A stretch of 61,707 nucleotides of DNA, filler included, from Candidatus Omnitrophota bacterium (GCA_043812495.1; 6 parts of 6 records of this genome joined end to end with filler, not necessarily neighbours in it), one strand, 5' to 3'. Shown: positions 1 to 10,085, counted from the first letter of the whole stretch. Made by a program: numbers and translations. Notes: generated by a model not told the origin, from the letters alone.

Positions 1-2
1 GG

Positions 3-3000
3 ATATTCGGAATAGGAGAGGAAAATAAAGGCCGTGGGGTCTATGCCAACTATCCGAAAGTCAATGAAGTTAGAGATGGCAGATTGGTATATCCAGAAGA
101 ATACAAAGCGTTAAAAAGGATTGTTGTGTTTGCAGAAACACAAAGCGATGAGGAAACCGGCGATGTACGCAAAGACACGGAACTCTACGCTAACGTTGGC
201 TTATGGGTTTCTGTCGGAATGGTTATTATCGTTGCCTTGGTCATTCTTCTTGTGCTGGGGGTGAGGAAGTGGCTCAGCCGTCGTATCAACGCGCCGAATG
301 GAGTTTTAGAGGGCATCCGGGTATCAGGTGATCAGGGACTAGGGTACCCGGATATCGGGGTATTAGGGACAAAATATTTAATGGTTCGACGCGCTTCGCT
401 TGTGGTTCGACAAGCTCACCATCCCGAGCGTAGTCGAGGGACTCACCATGAATCTCTGTGGAGATTCATGTTCCGTCCCGGATATCCAGATTCCCCGGAT
501 AACCCAGTGCCGCCCCAACTAACATATCTAAACGTAGAGGGAGAAATAAATAGTACGCAAAATATAGTTGGGGCGGCGCTAGTCCCTAATACCCGGATAA
601 CCAGATCACTGATTCTACATATACTATTACTCACCCTTCTCGCCGCGGCCGTTGGTTTGGTCCTCGCTCACGCGAACATATCCATCCAAGAATTCTTGTT
701 TGGTTCCGGCGTGATTTGCGCCGGCATCGGTTTAGGACCAATTTCTCTTAAAGAAACACGTACACGCACTTCCCGGGTAGGAACCAAAGACGCTCAAGCC
801 TTCTTAAGGGCAAAGATTCTCCTTGCCCAAAGGAACAATCAAGCCGGATACTTTGAGAAGACCATCGCTCTTGTGACCACCCGCGGACTGCCGATCATCC
901 ATCTTCTTAGGGCAAGAAAAATGAGCGAGGAAGAACAAAAGTTATTCTACGAAAATGCCCTTTCCCTTTATGCTCAACTCATCGAAGCTCAGCTGTCTCT
1001 TGGCCGGTACCGGGAAGCGGCCAAGACCTCGAGAGAGGCTTGCCGCGTATTTCCAGAGAAGAATGCCAAAGGGTATGCCGCGATAGTTAAACTTCTGGTC
1101 ATTTGGGGAAATAGATTGCGGAAAAACAATGACCTTAAGGATGTCGAAAACCTCTTGGAAACAGCGGTGGAAATCGCGGGAGAAATACAGGTCAGCCTGA
1201 TCAGTATAAACTCCCTCGCGTATCTCTATAATCTAAACGGACGCTTTGAAGAAACCGTGAAGCTGGTCACCTCCCGCGGATTGCCGAACATCAACTTTCT
1301 CCGGGGACCGAGAATAGGCAGAGCGAAGATGGATAGGAGGCTGTTTGACAATAACGCCCTGTCCGTTTACATGGAATTTGTCAGGGCCCTGATGGGTCTT
1401 GGCTGGTACCAGGAAGCCGTCGCGTCTTTACAAGAAGCCCGCCGGGCATTCCCTAAGGATAATCCGCACTATAGTTATATTGCCGAGATGGTCATTAAGC
1501 AAACAAGGGATGAGAAAAATCTGGCGGATATCGAGTTGCTTTTGAAAACAACCCTGGGAATATCCGGGAAGCTTCCGATTCGCTTGACGTCTCTACGGCA
1601 TCTTATTCATTTCTATGTCGAACAAAACCGCCATCAAGAAGCTGCGCGCGACCTCCGTCAGGCCCTTGATCATGTCGCCCTGATGGATGAGACATTAGAA
1701 AGAGATTCAGAGGGATATGTATTTTACCTCAAGAATGTTATTGGATTATACGAGATAGCCGAGAAGGCGTATTTGCGTTTTAAGGAACACTATCGGGATA
1801 TCTACAATGATTATCGCCAATCCCCCATTGTTCAAGATATCGTATCCAGGCAGGCCCGCTTAAGAGCCCGTAACCATGCCCTGCCTAGTGGTGATTTTTC
1901 TGACATGAGAGCCGAGGCCTTGGCCCTGTTCGCGCGAGGCGCCTATAACACATCCGCCTATGACGAAGCTAGAGTGATTTTGATGGCCATCGACGAAAGG
2001 TTTCCTGACCGGCGGCTTAGCGGAGGCTGGACAGCCCAATGCTTCTTGGGAGAGATTGACCGATTAACAAAGTCTTCGCGCAATGGAATTACAGAAAGAC
2101 CGTCTAAAGAAAGCAAAAATGAATGGCCAAATTCCGTGAACGGCTTTATTTTTGCCGATATGCTTCTTTGGGGTGAGATATCGATCGGCATTGCCATGCT
2201 TGCGGCAACGATTCTAATCATTTTTTCGTGGCGTATAATGCAAGCGGTAAAACGTTTCATCAAGGAGATGGGTGGTTATTTTGCATTATTCACTGTTTTT
2301 CTGGTTGGCATTAGTCTGGTCAGCGCCTCATGGGCGATCATGATCTACAAAGATTGGACAAACATATTAGCCTGGTTTAATTCACAAACAGTCACTCGTT
2401 TCCTAAGCACCGCTGTTCTTGTTTTTGCTGCCATACTTGTTTGGAAAATAATTGACAGGAAAATTATGAAATGCTCTGAGTTAATATTTGCAGCAGAGAT
2501 TAGCCGGCTAGAAAAACCAATCGAGCCTCAAACCTATCATGAAGCCTTTTATGTTAAGTCGGCATTGAAAAAATTTCTCTCTTTTGGCTATTTAACCGCG
2601 CCCCATTTGGATAAGAGCGCATTAACGGATATCTTCTATGAAGAATTGCAGAAAACCTATGTATTAGAAAGATGCTGGCTTCTTAAGAGAGCTCCTCCGC
2701 TGGCATGTCTTGTTCCCGCGCGTGAAGGAGTGCCTTTGCGATTAACCATAAAGAATGTTTTCTTTATTCATGTCGAGGTTGACTATAGAGCGTATCTCAA
2801 CCATGGCTCAAAGACGCAGCTTGAGTATTTATCCAAAATACGATTGACGCATGGCCCGAGAGATTCCATTATTCTTGTTGTTTTCTTGATCCTCTTGATG
2901 TATGCATTTGGCAATGTATTGCTCATTCCACTTTACTATGAAGTTGCCCACGCACTTGGCCATGATGTGTCCATGTACTATCATGCGGAACTAAGATTAT

Positions 3001-6000
3001 TATTTGCGCTTTTTGCCGATTTATTCCTAACAGTTGCGCTCTGTGCTATGTCAGCAAGATATGCGCTAAAAGTAAGAAAGATTTTTGCTGACTATACAAT
3101 AAAATACCGACCAACAGCCGCAAGATTCTGTTTCCCATTTCCTGCCAGCGCAATGCCACTTTTCTGCCTAATAGTGATTAATATGTTTTCCTTGATTTTC
3201 GCTTATTTTGGGATAGTGAGTGTAAAACTTGCGCTAGCGTGGCCCTACATTGTTTTCTTTTTGTTCATGGTGTCTGTTCTAAGATTTTGTCAAAGAATCT
3301 GGCAGATGCGAAAACAGGAAAAATGCGAATCAATTTCGGATAATCTTCCCGGATTACGCCGTCCGCCTGTTACCAGAGTTAAGATGATAACAGTCCTCAG
3401 GGACATTCCCGGGGCGAAGAACTCACACAACTTACGCAAAGGAGACCGTTTTATCCATCGGCCAACATCACAGTTTGCCAGTGCGAGGCTTAACGTGTAT
3501 GGCTTATCGGCCCGAATCTTTGAAAAATTCCGAATACGCAAAATAAGCCGTTTCTTCATCGAGCGTATAAGAAACCATAAGCCTATGATTAACCGGTCAG
3601 CTCTCTATGTTGCTGAAGCCATCGCCGATGTTCCTGAAAAGACGCAGCGATCCTTGAAAAACAGATACCGGGCAAAACGCTATCTTACGTCCTTGCGCCG
3701 CTGGGTCCTTATTCCCATAACACTCGCGTTCGCTCTTATGCTGGCTTTCATCCCTGTGTGCATTCTGGATGCTGTCCGGCCCCATCCAAAGGCATTATCC
3801 GGTGAATTTGAAAAATCATTGGATAGGTGTCAGGGGTCATCATGCAAACGGTCCTATTATTATCGGCCGCATGTCAAAGTTTCTGAAGAGACCTCTGATA
3901 CTATTTTCACGGTTTCTAACCTGGATAATGAATTTTATTCAGGGTATATCGCGTCTGATTCCGATTCTAATCAATGGGTGAACCTTGAGAAATCTCCCCA
4001 AATGGGACGCGTGATCATACCCGATAGTGCCAGCACGCAGACACAAACCATCACCATTTTCAATCCTCCGGCATGGGATTACGCCCCATTTTATACTCCG
4101 CCGGGAATGGTGAGTCAGAGCCATTTTTATACACCAGGGGTTTCTCTTGATCCTTACTATTGGGCTTATCGTTTAAAGATCGACGGGGGTGTGGTTTCCG
4201 CAACATACACCCTGTCAGTGACTGACGATTACAAGCTCGTCTTCAACGAAGAAGAGCGCCAAGGGCTCCTTGAGCTTGACCAGGTGACACGGGACTATTT
4301 GGACCGGTATTTCGAAGGCGCCGTTGGCCTGCCGGACTACGGTGATTTTGAAACTGTCCGCTTATGGATAGAAGATTTTGCCCGCCGGAAATGGATGTAT
4401 TCTTCAGGTTCTCGCTGGATCTGGTATTGGGCGTGGAATGAATATCAGCCTGTGATGAAGGCCAGCCTCCCTGCACAACAGGATAAAACCATCGGCCTTC
4501 AGTGGGGAGGTTTGGCTTTTAACGGGTATAAATTATCGCGTTATTTCGGCGTGCCGGCGGTTGCCTATTTAGGTTTTCAAAACAGCAACGAAGATCTCGC
4601 GCTCACAAACGACGAAGACCACATGATTTTTGCCATGTATAACGATCAGACGCAGAAATTTGAGAATGTCGATTTAACAAAAAATGTTTCTCACGATGAT
4701 TCCCGTCTTTCATTCAACATCGAGACATTGATCAGAATTCTTGGCGGGGCCGTCATCGCGCTGATTCTTTTGCCTTTGATTTTTGCCACGAGAGTTCTGC
4801 AAAGAAGATGGGCCAATATCAGCGGTCTTCTTCGAAAAGCAAAAATCGGTGAAGTCGCCAAAGACAAGACTCCCGAGCCTCAGAGCGCGGCGGGCAATTC
4901 ATCTTGGCGCATGCTGACCTTCAGCCAATGGATCGCGGCCCTGGAGAAATTGAGAGAACTCTATGAAGACTACCGGGGCAAAACAAGAGGAGGGCTTCAT
5001 CAGGGATGGTGGGAGGCCTGGAAAGCATTCGAGACGCAAAGACAGGACGATGCCCTTTCTCTCAGTGTATCGCTGTATCGTCTGCTTGAGGATGGTAAAG
5101 TTCGCCTTGAACCGGTCGCAAAACAGGAAAAGACAGCAAGCTATGCTTCGGTTGATGTGCGCACAACCTTCTATCGGAATCCCATCAAGCTTATCATTAA
5201 AAGGAACGATGCTTACTTGGTTATCCCCGGGGTTAACGCAGTCCACGCGATTTCTCTCACGCAGCCGTTGGCCAAAAAATTGAATTCGGGAGTTTACGCG
5301 GTTGTTGCCGATCATTGGAAAAATGCCGGCAAAGACGATACTGACGCGCGGCATCAGTGGTTGGCTGATACTGGAATATCATCCAGAGAGCTCATTCCAA
5401 GCGCTTATGGATTGATCCTACCCGGCGTGACGGGTACCTTGGTCGAAGTGTTCGTCGTCGCGCTGCTCCTGGCCGGGCTTGGGGTTTTGGCGATAAGGTT
5501 TATCCTAAAAAGAAATCAGCAGAAACGCATCCGGGCAAAGAACGAGCAACTAACGATTGAAGCGGCGAATTTGAGCTACCTTGCCTACTCTGGCGTGCCT
5601 CTTGCGGAGCCTTTGCCCGAAAGATTATCCATTATTGCCGCCAATGAAAGTTATCGATTAAGAAGGAATGGCTGGACACCAGCGGAATCAGACGAAAGCC
5701 AGGAGCCCTCGCTTCCCGTGCGCCTCGCGGCCCAAGAGGAATTTGAGAGAGTTACCGAAGAACTTCATAAGGCTCGAGCCCAAGTGGCTGGCTGGTTTAT
5801 CTTCGGCATGCCGGTCTACGCGCTTGCCATCGGCGCCGTGATCCTCGCGATCCTGGGCGTTCTTCTTTGGCGCAAATCGGTCCTGGCCCAAGGGGAAAAG
5901 AATGCTGAAAACCGCATTTTCTGGTATGCGTGGCTTTATAAACACTATCCAATAACATTTATTATTTTAAATTGGCCTTTATTAACCATTATTGCATTTA

Positions 6001-9000
6001 CCATTTTCTGCATACTATTCAAGCGGCTTACGGGCTTTCTGAATTTCGAGACCTATATGATTTGCGGGGCACTTGGATTTTTATTTGGTGTTGTCATATT
6101 TTCAAAAGTGGTCGAGACAATATTCCCGCTTTATTTTCAGAAAAAAGACAAAATAATACCTCCGAAGATTATTGTTCTCGGAAGCCATACGCCCCTTGAT
6201 GCATATGTTTTTGTCTGCAAAATAATTGCGGTCTATAAAGGAATAAATGAAGGGGTAGCTCTCTCGGCGATTAGAATAAGACGGAACAATTCTGCAGAGG
6301 AAGTCACAATTGACATACCGTCTTTGTCAGATGAAATAATTTCCAAATCCACGGCCCGCGCTTTGGATTTGGCTTTGGAGAAACTTAAAGACACTTTGGA
6401 GAAAGAGTATTTCGCGAATCAAAACCTTGTGCTGAAATACGCGGAGTATTTGAGCCGGTGGGAGCTTCTGATAGGCCCTGACGATGACACGGCAAATGAC
6501 GACAGTGAACCAGTGTCCTCAAGGAATCAAAGCCTGACATCGGATACGGTTTCTTCTTTAAGAAGCTTCGGGCCGGTTGCGCTGGCGGCCAGCGTTGTTC
6601 TGGCTGTCCTCCTGGCCGGGCTGGGGATTTTGGCCCGCCGCTTCGCGTCGAGGCAGGCGTCAATCTTGCAAATGAGAAGAAATAATCAGGATTTGGGAAG
6701 AGGCGACTTAAGAGACTTGCCGCTTTTGTGGAGTGATTCGAGGACTTCCTTTGGCGATAGTTTACGCCACTTACTCGATAGTTCTTCGCGGATTTTGTGG
6801 AGTTCTTTCATAAATTTAGGTTCCCTATCTTTCATTTTAGACCTCCTGAGGAGAACAAATGTCAACTTGAGGGTAATTCAAGTGTTGATTAATTTCATTA
6901 ACCCGGACGCGGGTATGGTGCCGAACAATATGTTTAAAATTCCAGCTCACAAGAATTGGAATATTATGAACAGAGGCCGTGGCGATATGAATGGCATCGG
7001 GCAAATATCGGTCCGGAATAATTCCTTCCTTAACATATCGGTGAGCCAAATCCTGAGCTTCTTGAGTCGCCGGCAGTATTTCCATAGAGTATTCTTCAAT
7101 GATATCTATAAACGATTGTCGTTTTCTCCGATTCTTGGTTTGCTCTATTTCGGCAACGACCAATTCCGAAATACAAATTACGAAAGGAGCTTTACTGGCC
7201 AGCTCAAAGAAATCTCTCGTCGCTTGTTTAATCCGCAAAGCATCATCAGCAAACATTCCGCTAATAACAGACGTATCAATGTATATCCTCATGGTTTACC
7301 TCATTTCAATATTATATTAGGACACACGAGAAGTCAAGGGGAATGCGTGGCTATTGGCGGTTGGATTATTCCAGGTGTGCCCGCCTCGGCCCCACTAGGT
7401 TCATTTGGGCTCAGCGCTCACCTCACGGCGGAGCCGTGGGGGGCCGGGTTAGGCGTGCTGGTCGCGTTTGTCCTCGGCGCTGTGGTCCTTGCCGCGGTCC
7501 TGGGCGTTCTTCTTGTGCCGGGCGTGCGGAAATGGCTCGCCCGCCTCATCAACGCGCCGAATGGAGTTTTAGAGGGCATCCGGATATCAGGTGATCAGGG
7601 ACTAGGGTACCCGGATATTGGGGTATTAGGGACAAAATATTTAATGGTTCGACGCGCTTCGCTTGCTCACCATGAATCTCTGTGGAGATTCATGTTCCGT
7701 CCCGGATATCCAGATTCCCCGGGTAACCTAGTGCCGCCCCAACTAACATATCTAAACGTAGAGGGAGAGATAAATAGTACGCAAAATATAGTTGGGGCGG
7801 CGCTAGTCCCTAATACCCGAATAACCAGATCACCGATTCTACATATACTATTACTCACCCTTCTCGCCGCGGCCGCTGTTTTTGGCGCTCATGTTCTCTT
7901 TAATCTATCCGGATTGATAGTTGCTTTCGGCATGGTCGAAGAAGGAGACAGCCGCCTTTCGGAGGGCATCTTGGCTTCCGGCGCCAAGCCAAAAATCCTT
8001 CTCGCTAAAGACAACGATGTCAGCAGGAAAATCTTCGCAGAGTTTCTTGCATATAGGGGATTTCAGGTCATCAAAGCGTCCAACGGGAAGAAGGCATTAG
8101 ACGCATTCTTAGCTGATTCTGAAAAAACATTCCAGATTGTTGTAACCGATTACAACATGCCCTGCATGGATGGCGCTCAACTTGTGGCTGAGATCCGAAA
8201 AACGGATCCACTTATTCCGATCATTATGGTAAGCGGAAATATTGATATAGTGAAGAAGGAAATTACTCAAGTCGTGACCTTATTTCTGCGAAAGCCCTTC
8301 GACCCTGCAGATATCGTAGAGCATATTAGAGGGATTTTAAGCGTCAGGCAGGAAGGGAATCAGAAAAAAGAGGATAGTGACCCTCTCTATGGCTGGATTT
8401 TCTTATCCATGCCGACATTATCCATAATGCTTCCAGCTGCTGCGGTATTCCTTATTCTCAACAAGACCCTCCACCCGCGCAAAATAATGAATAACCTCAA
8501 TGATCTTGTTCAAGAACAATGGACAAGAAAATACTGGAGCTGGGGCAGTTTGGTTGTCTATTTACTTGCTTATACAATATTTGGCGCGTCTTACATGGCC
8601 ATAGCTACTTACTTTTTCGGTGGTCTATCTTTAGGCTTATTCGGCATTAATCTCAAATCCCTTGGAACGATCAAAACTATGGAAATTAGTATTATTATTT
8701 CTATAGTTGCAGCTATTTTGCATGCCTTGGGTCATATTAATATAGGTCCATACTTTTTAAATCAATATAGAGAAAGAAAAAGAACAAACATACAGAAATT
8801 AAAAGATAGAAGGCTAACCGTTCGTGTCGGTCCATATGCTAATCTCATCGCAGGTTTATTATACTTCCTTTATGTATTGATTCTTTCATCGCATTTCACA
8901 AAGAGTGCCCGCTATGAAACTTACTTTGGTATGTTCATTAATTTAGGTATGTTCCTTGGATTTGCAGTGCGTGCATCGAATGATGGAAGAGCCATATCAG

Positions 9001-10085
9001 CTTTGAATAGGCAAATTGAGGAGGAGGACAGCGATCGTTCTAATGAATCGTCCCTTGCCGGTTTTGGCCTCCTGTTGCCTTTGGGTGCGGCGGTTGTCCT
9101 CCTCGCCGGGCTGGGGGTTTTAGCTTATAAAATGTTCTCAAGGAAATCTTCGGGGGATGAGGCGCGGGTAAATTTTGATGCTGATTTGAGGAGTTCTTTA
9201 TCGCGGGAGACGAGGACGACATTGTCCATGGATGAGGCGATGGCGACGAGCAATGCATCAAATGGAGAAAAGGGGTATTCGTCCTGGAGGCTGTTTGCCT
9301 TTAAAAGATTAACCTCATCGGGCACGATGATCTTGAGCAATTTCATGATTTTGGCAATATCTTCTTTGATCTTGCTTTCGTCAAAATTCTTCTTACGCCT
9401 TAGCACAAAGCGGATTTCTAAAAGACTGACCAAAGCGGCAGATCCTTTTAGTTTGCCTTTCTCGATAAATTCAATGATTTTATGGGGTGATTCCCAGAGT
9501 GGCTTGCCGGATGCAGGATCTTCCTCTTTGGTAAGCCAATTGATGATGACATCGCTGTCAAGAAGGCAAGCGGTAAGAAGCGGATTATTTGACTTTGCCA
9601 TAGAGAGAGTTCCTCAAATTTCTGATAAACTCGGTCGAAGTGCTATCCTTGGGGACGATTCCTTTGTATTTTCCGAGAAGTTCATCGGCAATTTTGGTCT
9701 TTCCGTTGCCTCTTTTGTTGGGAATGATCTTAATCGATTGAATGGCTTCAATAGCTTCCTGCAAAGTTGTCATTTTGATAGCTCCTTTTGTAATGAGTCT
9801 AGACCATTTTCTGATGAAAGTCAAGCCGCTTTGTCTTTCCATGGCTTATTAGGACCGGGCATTATTATCTTTATCATCGCTGTATTTGGCCTTGGTGTTC
9901 TGGCTATTGGTTACTTAGCGGTGCAGAGAGAATGGCTTGTAAGACTCATCAACGCGCCGAATAGAGTTTTAGAGGGCATCCGGGTATCAGGTGATCAGGG
10001 ACTAGGGTACCCGGATATTGGGGTATTAGGGACAAAATATTTAATGGTTCGACGCGCTTCGCTTGCTCACCATGAATCTCTGTGG
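3..10085 (+). CDS. Giant modular multi-pass membrane polyprotein, partial at both ends (>3300 aa): TPR block, membrane/transglutaminase-like block, receiver domain, M50-like block, translated repeats and antisense-read TA cassettes
   Basis: The frame is open from base 3 (IFGIGEENKGRG...) through the TTG at 84 to the contig end. It contains recognisable domains: TPR-like helices ~800-2070, REC ~7990-8345 (IVVTDYNMP..DG, MVSG, RKPF) and M50-like ~8480-9030 (HALGH, GPYAN, NDG). Hydrophobic linkers recur throughout. Confidence 0.8.
285..651 (+). repeat. 328-bp intragenic repeat, copy 1 (carries a 39-bp insertion)
   Basis: Near-identical to 7548-7875 and 9948-10085; encodes INAPNGVLEGIR...LLTLLAAA; contains internal inverted repeats. 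Confidence 0.95.
403..441. repeat. 39-bp REP-like palindromic insertion (TGGTTCGACAAGCTCACCATCCCGAGCGTAGTCGAGGGA)
   Basis: Present in repeat copy 1 and absent from copies 2 and 3; exactly 13 codons; forms two imperfect hairpins. Confidence 0.8.
6686..6835 (-). CDS. Small (49 aa) putative antitoxin downstream of the PIN gene, nested antisense in the giant ORF
   Basis: Translated by hand: MKDREPKFMKELHKIREELSSKWRKLSPKEVLESLHKSGKSLKSPLPKS*. The ATG is 1 nt after the PIN stop, with a GGAGGT RBS in the PIN 3' end. Too short for the ORF track. Confidence 0.65.
   Translation of the reverse strand: MKDREPKFMKELHKIREELSSKWRKLSPKEVLESLHKSGKSLKSPLPKS
6837..7292 (-). CDS. PIN-domain (VapC-like) ribonuclease toxin, nested antisense
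   Basis: Motifs IYIDTSV, AEI, DAIHIA, LVSWNFKHIV and C-terminal ICSPQEV; GAGGT RBS at 7298-7302. Confidence 0.85.
   Translation of the reverse strand: MRIYIDTSVISGMFADDALRIKQATRDFFELASKAPFVICISELVVAEIEQTKNRRKRQSFIDIIEEYSMEILPATQEAQDLAHRYVKEGIIPDRYLPDAIHIATASVHNIPILVSWNFKHIVRHHTRVRVNEINQHLNYPQVDICSPQEV
7309..7337 (-). promoter_or_regulatory. Sigma70-type promoter of nested TA operon 1
   Basis: TTGACT (7337-7332), 17 nt, TAATAT (7314-7309); an overlapping TATAAT lies at 15-nt spacing. Confidence 0.6.
7548..7875 (+). repeat. 328-bp intragenic repeat, copy 2
   Basis: Direct repeat of 285-651 without the 39-bp insertion; few substitutions. Confidence 0.95.
9125..9601 (-). CDS. PIN-domain (VapC-like) toxin, nested antisense
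   Basis: Acidic motifs LLDSDV, LLE, FDALLVA and SRD; start overlaps the upstream small gene. Confidence 0.85.
   Translation of the reverse strand: MAKSNNPLLTACLLDSDVIINWLTKEEDPASGKPLWESPHKIIEFIEKGKLKGSAALVSLLEIRFVLRRKKNFDESKIKEDIAKIMKLLKIIVPDEVNLLKANSLQDEYPFSPFDALLVAIASSMDNVVLVSRDKELLKSASKFTRASSPEDFLENIL
9585..9773 (-). CDS. Putative antitoxin (62 aa, MTTLQEAIEAIQ...STEFIRNLRNSLYGKVK), nested antisense
   Basis: AGGAG RBS at 9782-9786; the 3' end overlaps the PIN start; the C-terminal 'S-x-E-F-I-R-x-L-R' resembles VapB-type toxin-binding tails. Confidence 0.7.
   Translation of the reverse strand: MTTLQEAIEAIQSIKIIPNKRGNGKTKIADELLGKYKGIVPKDSTSTEFIRNLRNSLYGKVK
9796..9824 (-). promoter_or_regulatory. 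Sigma70 promoter of nested TA operon 2
   Basis: TTGACT (9824-9819), 17 nt, TAGACT (9801-9796). Confidence 0.7.
9948..10085 (+). repeat. 328-bp intragenic repeat, copy 3 (cut by the contig end)
   Basis: Matches the first 138 bp of copy 2 with 2 substitutions; the contig ends inside it. Confidence 0.95.

Noticed and set aside
443..634. Duplicate 63-aa minus-strand ORFs (443-634 and 7667-7858)
   Set aside because: By-products of the repeat; no RBS or recognisable motif.
4899..5354. 151-aa minus-strand ORF as another nested gene
   Set aside because: No family motif, RBS or promoter. It is the codon-aligned shadow of a protein-like + strand segment, unlike the PIN cassettes.
285..10085. 328-bp repeats as a DGR template/variable pair or as integron attC sites
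   Set aside because: Differences between copies are few and not confined to adenines, no reverse transcriptase or integrase is in the window, and I found no clear attC RYYYAAC/GTTRRRY ends.
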